Positions 1-11,439 of a stretch of 64,000 bases of DNA are shown piece by piece; the stretch's first letter is position 1; each line of letters begins with the position of its first letter. The stretch is from Octopus sinensis. Lineage: Eukaryota. The notes beneath the pieces were generated by a model. It searched no databases. It had not been told where the DNA came from and saw nothing but the letters and a program-made list of their open reading frames with translations. The stretch spans positions 14,012,001 through 14,076,000 of the forward strand of contig NC_043007.1 of NCBI RefSeq assembly GCF_006345805.1, in the 5' to 3' direction. Position numbers and translations under genes: made by a program.

Positions 1-84
1 ATTCCCTTTTAGTTTATATATGAGAACCCCACATGTAAACTTCTACATCTTCAGACATTATGTCCCACAAAGATGGTATATAAT

Positions 85-315
85 GGCGGCGAGCTGGCAG
101 AAACGTTAGCACACCGGGCGAAATGCGTAGCCGTATTTCGTCTGCTGTTACATTCTGAGTTCAAATTCAGCCGAGGTTGACTTTGCCTTTCATCCTTTCG
201 GAGTCGATAAAATAAGTACCAGTTATGCACTGGGGTCGATTTAATCGACTTAATCCATTTGTCTGTCCTTGTTTGTCCCCTCTGTGTTTAGCCCCTTGTG
301 GGTAGTAAAGAAATA
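85..315 (+). mobile_element. tRNA-derived SINE, family A (full-length monomer with TSD)
   Basis: A-box-like TGGCAGAAACGTTAGC and B-box-like GAGTTCAAATTC; tail ...GTGGGTAGTAAAGAAATAGG; 10-bp direct repeat GGTATATAAT at 75-84 and 316-325. Confidence 0.9.
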
Positions 316-1085
316 GGTATATAATCGCAGCTAAGAGATACAGATAAAATGCTTTATCTAGACAGTTGTCTAATTTAGATGTTCAATGAGAGCTAATTAA
401 AAATTAACGGGCAGTTCGTTAACTTCAAAAAGCTTTGAGAGGTGACAAAAGCTAGTTAAGAATATGTGGATGGTTTAGCATTTTGTGGGCCATAGAAGAG
501 AAGAGCTGTTGGCACTGGTAGTTCAGTCTGTTGTTAAAAATAAGATTCTATATCGAACAGATTTGAGTGTCTTAGAGAAGGAATGTTAGAATATATATAT
601 ATGGCAAATAAATCAATACAATGACTGTTTGATTATTATAGATGATTTCTCTTTATTACAACCATTTATCTAGCTTTTATGTTGTATGGTCTCTCTTCTT
701 TTTAATCCTGTGTAGAAGTGAAAAGAAAAGCAAATGTCACATGACCTGGAAATTCTTTCTGTATAAAAAAAACAAAACAAAACTCTGATTCATCTCTTTA
801 ATTCTTTAACAGTCTGGTTCCCAGCAACTAAGGAATGAGATCTTGATTCAGAAATTTCCACTATTAAATCTCTGGATGTTTTCTGTTTATATTTAAATGT
901 GTCTATCTATCTACCTATCTATCTATCTATCTATCTATCTCTCTGTCTATCTATCTATCTATCTATGTGTGTATGTACATACATACGTACATACATACTC
1001 TTATGTATGAATTGTGGTCAAATGTAATGTCATTTCTCTCGGTTCAATAAATTTCTAATATTTCTGAAATTCTTGTAAGTTTCAG

Positions 1086-1165
1086 CTGACAGCTTATTCA
1101 ACCAGATTGAACAAGCCATCAGACCAAACTTCAAACTCCCAATCAACATGAGTTTTTTGTCATAA
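1086..1165 (+). CDS. Candidate terminal coding exon (xDSLFNQIEQAIRPNFKLPINMSFLS*), unidentified gene
   Basis: Acceptor-like ...GTAAGTTTCAG at 1085, protein-like peptide ending TAA 1163-1165, then about 1.4 kb of SINE-free UTR-like sequence with AATAAA near 2539; no family recognised. Confidence 0.3.
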
Positions 1166-2063
1166 ATGTAAACTCTACTCTCAGTATTGAATCCACCTTC
1201 TCTTCCCCACCACCATCACTAAATGTTCTGCTGTTATAACTTTAATTTAACATTTAGATAAAACATTATCCACCTTTTCTTGGAGTGTTCGGCTCTTACT
1301 TGTACTGTACATACCCCCACCATCACCACCATCACCATCACCACCATCATCAATACTACTGACTCCTTTCTAATATTTATCTATTTCTCTTTTTTTTGTT
1401 ATTTTTACCAATGTATCTTTCTGTGACTCCAAAATCATTCTTCCACCTTACATTTTTACCTCATTCGCTCTTCCGAAATAATCCATTTTGGCAAGACCAT
1501 TGACAGAACACATAGCATGTTTGATACCTTGCCGTGATTATCTCCCCTTTATTTGCATTCTCTAATTGTGAAAATGGAAAAAAAATTAATCAATTGCCTC
1601 ACAGAAAAGGTCGAGAATATTTCATCTGCATCATTTTGTTATTTATTTAACTTTTTTTTTTGTTTTTTGGGGTGTTTTTATTTTTTTCCAGCTTAATTAT
1701 TTTTCTAATATCACCCACTCTGCTCTCCCACTGCCCCTCCTTCCTCTCCATACCCTACCACTACCACCTCAACAAAACAAACAAAAAAAAAGATCATTAA
1801 ACTCTTTTACTGAAAATAGTTTTTTGGGTTCTTTTTTGGTATTTTTTTTCAAGTTTTTATTCCCCCTTTTTTGAAAAATTTAATTTGTTATTTTTTGAAC
1901 TTCCCATTCTCTCTCTCTCTCTCTCTCTCTCTCTGCTAATTAATTTCCTCAACTGTAATATTACTCCTACATGTTTCTAATCATATATATGTATACATAT
2001 ATATGTATATATATATATTATGTATATATATATTATCTGTGTATAAATTTTGTATTGTTTCAC

Positions 2064-2096
<33 letters not shown>

Positions 2097-2974
2097 CATC
2101 ATCATCATTATTATAGTGCACCTGCCTAGAACATCTTCCTCTCCCCCCTCAAAACAAAAACATTTAAAAAAAAAAATTAAAAATAAAAATAAAGCAAAAT
2201 AAACAAAACGAAGAAAGCAAGAAAGAAAGAAAGAACTTTAAAATAAATATAATAAAAGAAAAACAAAAAATTAAAAAAAAACTTCCAAATCATTGCGGAG
2301 TTTTCAAAAACAAAAAATACACACAACAAAAAAAAAAAAACCAAAAACAAAAAATTATATGTCCCAGGTCGGAAAGTGACCTGGGAGCAGAGAATGCTTG
2401 TGACTCCCTTCTTGGCTGAATTCACTGTATGGCAGCCATATTTATTTTCTCACCGCTACAAGTTATTTGAAACATTTTAGTTGAGCTTGGTATATTTATG
2501 AATGTTTTGTACAACTGTACTAAGTACATTCAAGTTTTAATAAACATGTTGTCTGGGAATGACTTTTTTCCGTCTTCTTTCTTTTCGTTATGTTTTCGTT
2601 TATTTGTTTGGTTGTGTGTTTTTTTTTCATCCATTTATTTATTTTATTTTCTCTGTCTTTTTTCTTTTTTTTTGCCTCTTCTTAACTAATTTTATATTTG
2701 TCTTTTATTCATCCATTCTTCCATTTTTTTTTTTCTTCACAATTAAAAACAAATCTGAAAATCATTTCTTTGTCAGATTCTCCAATAAATTTAATCTCGT
2801 AAAATTTTTCCTTCTATTTCTTCTTCTTCTTCCTCTTCACATTGTTCTCTCTGTTAGTCTCTCTCTTTCTCTCCATATGGTGGCTGCCCCCTCGTTATCG
2901 AGTATGGCCATTGCATGTATCTTAATCAATGTTGTTATCGTGCAATGCCTGTGCAAGATTTTTTCGAAGTGAGG

Positions 2975-3425
2975 AAAGGCTGTGCACTGAGTCAATCCCA
3001 CTCACTAAGCAACAGCAGCCATAATCCGAAAAGAAGAACAAGTCAACATCATCGGTAACCACTGAGCCGCAGGTTTTATGTCGGAGTCATCCCAGTTACC
3101 TGAGTTACCTTCTCCTAGAAGGATGCCCTAACAAAGGCTAGGAGTCCTTCACTCCCAATGGCTTAACCGCGCGATCGGGTATTCAGTCCGATTATTTCTA
3201 TGTCCCCGCACATGATACAGCCTTAAGACATTTATTGGATGGCTGTTGACTCTCAAGAGTTCCTCCGCCCTTTGACAGATTTTGCTTTTTCATCCCGCAG
3301 GGTGACCAATAAATACCCTCCTCACCAAGCAAGCTTAGTGGGATTGCCGGTTTAGTCGTCGACGACCCGACTATGCAACAGGTTGTACGAGGTTATATGT
3401 TACCAGTAGCACTTGAAAGTGGCTT
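2975..3425 (-). mobile_element. Probable LINE (RTE-like) 5'UTR fragment
   Basis: CpG-richer non-coding block containing CCTTCTCCTAGAAGGATGCCCTAACAAAGGCT, with a weaker similar motif near 45775-45810; RTE assignment is recall-based inference. Confidence 0.3.
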
Positions 3426-3624
3426 GACACATACATACATACGTGTGTGTCTGTGAAGGCTTATGGACTTGTGGTTAGTGTGTTGCTCTCTGAATCTCAA
3501 AATCGTGATTTCAATTCCTGACTCATGCAGTGTATCGTGTTCTTAAGCAAGACACTTCATTTCACATTGCTCTCGTCCACTCACATGGACTACTTTATTC
3601 TTTTCTGCAATGGACTACTTTATT

Positions 3625-4020
3625 CTTTTCTACTCTAGGCACAAGGCCCAAAATTTTTCAGATAGGGGGCAGTCAATTAGACTGACCCAGCATGCAACTG
3701 ATACTTAATTTATCGACCCCTGAAAGGATAAATGGCAGAGTCGACCTGGGCAGAATTTGAACTCAGAACATAAAGACAGGTGAAATACCTATTTCTTTAC
3801 TATCCACAAGGGGCTAAACACAGAGAGGACAAACAAGGACAGACACATGGATTGTCGATTATATCGACCCCAGTGCGTAACTAGTACTTATTTAATCAAA
3901 CCTGAAATAATGAAAGGCAAAGTTGACCTCGGCGGAATTTGAACTCAGAACATAGCGGCAGACGAAATACTGCTAAGCATTTCGCCCAGTGTGCTAGCGT
4001 TTCTGCCAGCTCGCTGTCTT
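3625..4020 (-). mobile_element. SINE family A dimer (standard tail unit + alternative tail unit)
   Basis: Two body units joined at GAAATACCTATTTCTTTAC (3781); alternative tail CTACTCTAGGCACAAGGCCC at about 3630. Confidence 0.85.
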
Positions 4021-4336
4021 TAAATGAACTGCTTTACTGCCCAGGAGTAATGCTATGGACTTGATTGCTTATTACCATGGAAACTGGGTAACCGACCCTA
4101 CAAGTCCTGAAATTTGGAACAGTACCTTATATAAATAAGTGGACAAATGTAGGGATAGGAGAGTATTATAATTCGCTTGAAGCATTGCTTATTGTTTGTA
4201 AAGAATAAAATGTTTCGAATGACACAACAATGAACTATAATACAAACAATGGGCTATAAGAACTGTTGTAATTTAACCATCCATAGTCTTTAAAATAAAT
4301 ATAATAAAAGGAAGACTAAAGATAAAAACTTCCAAA

Positions 4337-4742
4337 GGCGCAGGAGTGGTAAGTAGCTTGCTAACCAACCACATGGTTCCGGGTTCAGTCCCACTGCGTG
4401 GCATCTTGGGCAAGTGTCTTCTGCTATAGCCTCGGGCCAACCAATGCCTTGTGAGTGGATTTGGTAGACGGAAACTGAAAGAAGCCTGTCGTCTATATGT
4501 ATATATACATATGTATGTGTGTGTATGTGTTTGCGTGTCTGTGGTTTGTCCCCCTAGCATTGCTTGACAACCGAGGCTGGTGTGTTTATGTCCCCATCAC
4601 TTAGCAGTTCGGCAAAAGAGACCGATAGAATAAGTACTACGCTTACAAAGAATAAGTCCTGGGGTCGATTTGTTCGACTAAAGGCGGTGCTCCAGCATGG
4701 CCACAGTCAAATGACTGAAACAAGTAAAAGAGTAAGAGTAAA
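4337..4742 (+). mobile_element. tRNA-derived CORE-type SINE, family B
   Basis: Head GGCGCAGGAGTGGTAAGTAGC, B-box GGGTTCAGTCCC, CORE-like CTTGGGCAAGTGTCTT, internal (TA)/(TG) tract, tail GACTGAAACAAGTAAAAGAG. Confidence 0.9.
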
Positions 4743-4834
4743 TCAATGTGGACTTTTCAAAAACAAAAACAAAAAATTATATGTCCCAGGTTGGAAAGTA
4801 TTTTAGTGCATTTTTGTACCCCCTCTCTCTTTCG

Positions 4835-5012
4835 GAGAGGCACAAGCACCTACACGCACGTATACACACACGGCAGTAACTTCCACCTACCGAATTCAAT
4901 CACAAAGCTCCGGTCAGCTCGGGGCTATAGTGAAAGACACCTACCCGAAGTGCCACGTGGTGGGACTGAACCCGAAACCATGTAGCTAGGAAGCAAGCTC
5001 CCTAACCACGTT
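4835..5012 (-). mobile_element. SINE family B, degenerate 5' half
   Basis: Reverse complement of head/CORE region (GTGGGACTGAACCCGAAACCATGT). Confidence 0.7.
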
Positions 5013-5209
5013 CGAAACATTTTATTCTTTGGACAAAAGTAGGAATACAGTTGGCTTGATATAATGAATATCTGAAATTAAGAATAATTATGTCATTATA
5101 GAAGGGATTCATTAAAAAGAACGTAAAATCAAAGAATTCCTATCTGAAAACGGAAATGGAGAAATGAATAGAGAATTTCACTTATGATAACCAGTTGTAT
5201 ACCTATTTT

Positions 5210-5600
5210 TTATTTCAGTCATTTGACTGCGGCCATGCTGGAGCACAGCCTTTAGTCAAACAAATTTACCCCAGGGCTTATTCTTTGTAAGCTTTAGTAC
5301 TTATTCTATCAGTCTCTCTCTTGCCAAACTGCTAGATTACAGGGACGTAAACACACCAACATTGGTCGTCAAGCGACGGGGGGGGGGGGGCATGCACAAA
5401 CACACAAACATTTGCATATGCATATATATATATATATACGACGGGCTTCTTTCAGTTTCCGTCTACCAAATCCACCCACAAGGCTTTGGTCGGCCCGAGG
5501 CTATAGTAGAAGACACTTGCCCAAGGTGTCACGCAGTGGGACTGAACCCGGAACCATGTGGTTGGGAAGCAACGTACTCACCACACAGCCACTCATACCT
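5210..5600 (-). mobile_element. SINE family B
   Basis: Near full-length reverse-complement copy of 4337-4742. Confidence 0.9.
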
Positions 5601-5614
5601 ATTTTCCGCATCTT

Positions 5615-5647
<33 letters not shown>

Positions 5648-5663
5648 ATAGAAATGGTAAGAC

Positions 5664-5872
5664 AACAAAAGAATGAGAGACCTCGATATTGTGTAAATAG
5701 AGGAATTTATCTGTAAATGGTTACCAAATAATTGGTTCCCATCAAGAGAACTATACTCTGAGAACTTTTGGAGAAAATTACCTGTAAGTGTAATATGTGA
5801 CAATTATTCGGTAGCGTTTTACAGATAAATTCCTCTGTTTACATAATATCGGGGTCTCTTTCATTCTTTTGT
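5664..5872. repeat. Inverted repeat (about 55-bp arms) within a TA-anchored repeat element
   Basis: AACAAAAGAATGAGAGACCTCGATATTGTGTAAATAGAGGAATTTATCTGTAAA (5664-5717) vs its reverse complement at 5818-5872; same unit start recurs at 12090-12150. Confidence 0.8.
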
Positions 5873-6184
5873 TTACAGATATATATATTATTCGTGTTAT
5901 CATTATTGCTTTTACGTATTTTTGTATTCTTATTCGTGTAACATCGTCCGTTTTTTCGGTCCTTGTTTTGTATACATTCGAGGCTTTCTTCCAAGGAATG
6001 TAATGCGCTTGGCTTAGAATTTCCTTTGGGGCTGGCCAGATCGGAGTAATCTCAAGAATAATCAGCCGAAATTGCGAGGATGATCCGGTTCTTGACTGAA
6101 GATTGAAGGCTTCGAATGTCCCGTCCGTGGTTTTTGTATCGTCTTCTAAATGTTTTGCGTTCTTGTCCCAGTTTGTATCTTTTT

Positions 6185-6228
<44 letters not shown>

Positions 6229-6418
6229 TAATGGTGAATTCACTTGTTGGACACACACGTGTCTCCCAAGGCCTGCTGGTGCCTTGCAAACCTTTTTGGT
6301 GAACGGAACATGTTGGGGATCATTTACTACATGTATTCTTGAGTTGACAGCAAGGCCTGCTTTCCTCCATGCCACAGAACCACAATGGCAGGTAAGAGTT
6401 TCATTTCAGACACACACA

Positions 6419-6486
<68 letters not shown>

Positions 6487-6487
<1 letters not shown>

Positions 6488-6641
6488 CGGTCTGAGTTCA
6501 AATTCCGCCGAGGTCGACTTTGCCTTTCATCCTTTTGCGGGTCGATAAATTAAGTACCAGTTACGCACTGGGGTCGATCTAATCGACTTAATCCCTTTGT
6601 CTGTCCCCTCTATGTTTAGCCCTTGTGGGCAATAAAGAAAT
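6487..6641 (+). mobile_element. SINE family A, 5'-truncated
   Basis: Starts at CTGAGTTCAAATTCCGCCGAGG, ends CAATAAAGAAAT. Confidence 0.85.
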
Positions 6642-6956
6642 AATAATAACACTCACCATCACATGTAGAGCCAAATAGCTTCAGTATTATCTTCAGGCAA
6701 CAACTCTCTGTTACTGCCCATGTTGCAAATTCTCTGTTCTTCTTCTTTACAGGTGGCCACCACTACTTCAGTTGACTCACGTTATTCATCCTCAAGCAAA
6801 GAAGAAAAAAAACAGCGAAAAACATTAAGAATCCATTAAATTAAAAATCAATAGTAAATATTAAGCACTAGTTAGAATCAATTGTATTACATTAGTCTAT
6901 CAATTTCCAAACATACACACACACAAACACATATATATACATACATACATACATAC

Positions 6957-7037
<81 letters not shown>

Positions 7038-7044
7038 CACATAT

Positions 7045-7089
<45 letters not shown>

Positions 7090-7129
7090 TATATATAAAG
7101 TTAATCCAAACAAGAAAGCACAAAAAAAC

Positions 7130-9060
7130 ACAACAACGCGAGGACGTGGAACAAATAAAGTATTATTGGACGCTCAGGAAAGAAGGAAAGAAGGAGGGTT
7201 TAACGTTTCGAGCGGAGCTCTTCGTCGGAAACATAGGAGAAGGGAAGACAGAGGAAAAAAATCGCTATATATATAGCCCTGAGTTTATTAAACACTTGTG
7301 AGTGGACTTAGTTGATGGAAATTATAATTGTCACCAAAATACGAAAGAAAAAACGCAAGAATAAAATTAGTGAAAAAGAGGAACAGCTGGATCCAGGGAA
7401 TGCTATAATTTTATTGTGGTTATGGTTGAATTTTCCAGTGACAGAGATTAAATTTATCAGCGTAAGGACAACACTGAAAATCTCTTTTCTAAAGTTTGAA
7501 CGGCTTCCCATATTTATCGTAGGACGTACTTTCTTTCGGTAATTCAAATGGCTCTGGTCTTTTATAATGTAGTCAATGTTTCCGTTCTAATGTTCTATGT
7601 GTATCGTAGAATTACTTTTGTTGAAATATCTAAAAAATTTTGATCGTGGGAAGAACGTCTTTGTTTGAATTTTCTTTCAGTCGTGCCAATATAAACGTTT
7701 TCGATCCCTTGGTATGGTCTGCTTGACGTATCTTCACTTTCGTACATTAACGGCTTTATGTTGAGTAACTGAGCGCAAGGGAAAGTGTTCATAATTTTCA
7801 TTGAGCAACGTTGATTGTCTTACATGAAATGAGTGCCTTCATATCAAGATAACAGCTGTTGCTCATTTTCATGGTGTGTCTGTCGAAAACTTAACTGCGC
7901 ATGTGATTGTCTAGAAAACGCTTCTCTAAGAGGGCCAAGAAATTTTCTTTTATACCCTAATCTTAACAGGAACGGAAACAGGAAAGTTATGTATTCTGAT
8001 GTGATTGTCTAGGAATGGTAGTTCATTGTACCTGGTTTCTGTTGTGAATTTGATAGTTGGGTGCAGTGTGTTGAGGATGTTGTGAAATGTTCGTAGATCT
8101 TCTTTTGGTCTACCCCCAAAACTGAAGCAGTCATCGAGGTAGCGCTTCCAGTTCTTCACGATGCTTTCCTTGAAGTTGTGATCAAAGATTTTTCCTACTT
8201 CCTCATAAAGTTTACATTCTAGGTAACCCATTACTAGGTTGGCATATGAAGGTGCAAATTTCGTACCCGTAGCCGTGCCTTTATCTGTTCGTATATCTTA
8301 TTATCAAATCTGAAGGTGTTTTCTTCTAGGACTAGACGAGTGGCTTTGGTAATGAAGTCAGTTTTGAAACGTTCATCTATACATCTTCTGTGTCTCTCTA
8401 CTTAGCGTTTGACTGCTTCCAGGCCCAAGGTAGAGGTATGTTGGTATAGAGGTTTGTGGCGTCAAAACTTGCAAGTATAGTGTACCTTTCGGGACAGTAG
8501 TTGGGATATGTTTGAGAAAGTCCATGCCATTCCGTATATAGCTGGGCATTAATGGGCATAAGAGTTTGAGGAGTATGTCCAAGAGACGATTCAGTTGTTG
8601 TGTTGCAGCTTGGGGCCCAGCAACTATCAGTCTCATTTTGAGGTCTGAGGGTCCTTATATCTTTACGTATTGGCTCCTCTGTTCATTCACGACCCTCTGT
8701 ATCTCGGAACTTTTGTGGATTTTGGGCAATCCGTAGAAATTGCTCTCTGATAATGGAGTTGCATAAATAGTCCTTTTCCTTGTCTGTGAAGGAGTCCTGG
8801 TATTCGTTAATTAATTTTCTGATTTTATTCAGTGTTGCTTTTTTCGGGTGTCTTGATTCTTCCTTATAGTATGTTTGATCTGTTAAAATTTCTAGCATTT
8901 ATTCTTTGTAGTAGTCTGTGTCCACGATTACTATCGCCCCGCCCTTGTCGGCCTCCCTTTAGTATGATTGAATTGTCGTTCTTTAGTCTTTGTAAAACTT
9001 CCTTTTCTCCTTCACGAAGATCATGTTTATAATTGAGAAACACTTTCCCACACTTAAACT
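7130..9060 (-). mobile_element. Degenerate, 5'-truncated Penelope-like retroelement (RT + GIY-YIG endonuclease) with 3' pLTR
   Basis: Frameshifted minus-strand peptides: LKNDNSIILK/ADKGGAIVIVD (about 8920-8990), GTATGTKFAPSYANLVMGYLE (8215-8280), WKRYLDDCF, LHPTIKFTTE..LPFLD, GIY-YIG-type VYIGTTERKFKQR (about 7670-7710); all typical PLE motifs. Confidence 0.92.
7198..7232 (-). ncRNA. Minimal type-I hammerhead-ribozyme-like motif in PLE pLTR (U4C variant)
   Basis: Minus strand GUUU-CCGACGA-A-GAGC UCC GCUC-GAAACGUU-AAAC: stem I GUUU/AAAC, stem II GAGC/GCUC, palindromic stem III ACGU. Confidence 0.65.
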
Positions 9061-9836
9061 CTTTTCAGATTGTATTTAAAATCATAACTATACTTACTTA
9101 AAAAATCACTCTTTCAAGAACATAGCCATACACGGCTAAATCAAAAACAACATCTGGAATTTTAATAAAAAAAAAAAGAAAAAACTTTGCCTACATCCAT
9201 ACAACCATTCTCTTTCCCTTACATTAATGAAAACAAAAGAATTAAAAACAAGACCCTGAAATGTAATTATAATTCTACTGGAGTAAATCGAAAACATCTG
9301 GTTTTCCAGTTAAAAAATTTGACCACTTGAATACAAAAATTCGTTTTCTTCCCCCACCCAAAAGCCCACTAAGTGGGAAAAAAAAAAAACACATATTAAA
9401 TCCTAATCAAACAAGTCTGACCACACTGAAACAAAAGCCACGCTTTCTTTACCTACCCCCTTTTCAAACTTTTCTTCTTTCTTTTCCTTTACCTCGCAAC
9501 CCCACAACAAGAATATAATCCCAAAACACACCCTTTCTACCTTCTTTTCCCTTCTCTATTTCACTATCTCCCACTGTCTCCTCCTCTCTCACCTCTACAC
9601 ATTCCTTTCTAATTTGTTCCTTCCTCCTCTCTCTCTCATTCTTTTTCCAAAACATAATCAGTTTCAATTTTATATAAAAAGGCGAAGCATACTTACTGTA
9701 AACCACTTTTCTGATAAATCCGATAACGGAAGAAAGCGCTGAAAATGTAAATAAAATTATATATAACCATTCACCATTCTGACTACCTTGTTATTTTCAA
9801 AATACAATATTTGTACATCACTTCGAAAGACTCTCT

Positions 9837-9891
<55 letters not shown>

Positions 9892-9969
9892 GTATACACA
9901 CACACATATATATAGTTTGAATTTACAGAAAAACAAGAGACGAAGACACGCTCGGGAAGGTGAGAACGT

Positions 9970-10005
9970 CTTTTAGGTTTCGAGTCTACGCTCTTCAACA
10001 GAAAG
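9970..10005 (-). ncRNA. Hammerhead-like motif in solo pLTR-like fragment (about 9905-10130)
   Basis: Minus strand CUUU-CUGUUGA-A-GAGC GUAG ACUC-GAAACCUA-AAAG; flank ACGCTCGGGA shared with the 7170 and 28131 copies. Confidence 0.55.
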
Positions 10006-10321
10006 GAACACGAGGAAATGAACAGAAAGAGAATTAATTAAATGCTTTAGGGGCTAGTGGTCAATCATGGCGGCTGGCTGGAAAGAGGTTGTTAGATAGG
10101 GGAGATAGGAAGAAGGGGAGATAATAAATTATTGGTGATCCCAATACGAAGGTGTGTATGTGAGAGTGTGTAAGTGTGTGCGTCTGTATTGTGTGGGTGT
10201 GTGGATGACGGTGTGTGTGTGCTGGGAAGTGGTCAGTGCTAGTGTGAGCGGGGTGGTTTGATGTGGTGTGATGTGATGTGATGTGGTGGTGTGCGGTGTG
10301 GTGTATATATATATATATATT

Positions 10322-10500
10322 CTTTTATTTGTTTCACTCATTTGACTGCGGCGATGCTGGAGCACCGCCTTTAGTCGAACAAAATCGCCCCCAGGACTTA
10401 TTCTTTGTAAGCCTAGTACTTATTCTATCGGTCTCTTTTGTCGAATTGCTAAGTTAAAGGGACGTAAACACACCAACATCGTTTCAAGAGCTGATGGGGG
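10322..10500 (-). mobile_element. SINE family B, 3' half
   Basis: CATTTGACTGCGGCGATGCTGGAGCACCGCC...GGGACGTAAACACACC. Confidence 0.85.
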
Positions 10501-10534
10501 ACACACAACAAGACGCACAAACAATATACATACG

Positions 10535-10566
<32 letters not shown>

Positions 10567-11097
10567 TATGTATGTATATATATGTATATACTCTTATTAA
10601 AAAGGCAAGATTTTATCTGCCTCCCTTTGGGAGTTTACAAATCTACAATATAGGATTTCTTTTCAATTACAATTTACCTAGCATTTTTTAGAGTACATGC
10701 ATCGCGTCATGCCAGGTCCAGTTTTAAAATTTAAACTCCAATTAAGCAAAATTTACAGAAAACTTACATTCTGGGGTGTGTGTGTCCAATGCTTTTCTTT
10801 TAGGCTGGTTTTACACCACACGCAAACGCACACACACAGTGGGGACGAATAAAATGAAAGTAATCACTTACTAGTGAGTGATTCTTTCACTCTGCCTCCC
10901 ACTTCCCTTCTCTTCCCACCATAGACACGCAAATCTTATATAAATAAAATTGTAAGCTAACGTGCTGTGTGTGAGTGTGTGTGTGTGTGCGCGTGTGTGT
11001 GTGTGTGAGGGTGCGTGTGTGTGTGTGTGTGCGTGTGCGTGAGTGTGTGACAGGAAGTTTTTTACGACGAATATAAGACCTATATCCAAGTAGCAGA

Positions 11098-11365
11098 AAG
11101 ATAAGACAGTAAGGTGTGATTTGAGGGAGATTTGGCTGCTATTTCTACCATGTCTAGCTGCCATGTAGGGGTTTCCTCATAGGCTCATACATACATATAT
11201 ACATAGATAAGACAGTAAGGTGTGATTTGGGGGAAATTTGGCTGCTATTTTTACCAGGTCTAGCTACCATGTAGAGGTCCCCCTCATTGGCTCATATATA
11301 TATAACTACATAAGACAGTAAGGTTGATTTGAGGGAGATTTGGCTGCTGTTTCTAACAGGTCTGT
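11098..11365 (+). repeat. Tandem trimer of a roughly 105-bp unit
   Basis: ATAAGACAGTAAGGTGTGATTTGAGGGAGATTTGGCTGCTATTTCTA.. starts at about 11100, 11207 and 11310. Confidence 0.85.
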
Positions 11366-11439
11366 TAGGCCTTCTCATGTAACTCAAGCTTTCTCATGCC
11401 TTGAACATAAGACCAAAGCAGAGAATGTATTCTTTTATC

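Noticed and set aside
2363-2410. CCCAGGTCGGAAA..GGAGCAG resemblance to SRP RNA helix 8
   Set aside because: Only about 13 nt match; no Alu or S domain flanks, and the sequence forms its own local hairpin
2496-2536. ATGA..AA stem-loop as a SECIS element
   Set aside because: The 3' side pairs by Watson-Crick rules (TGAATGT/ACATTCA) and lacks the GA quartet
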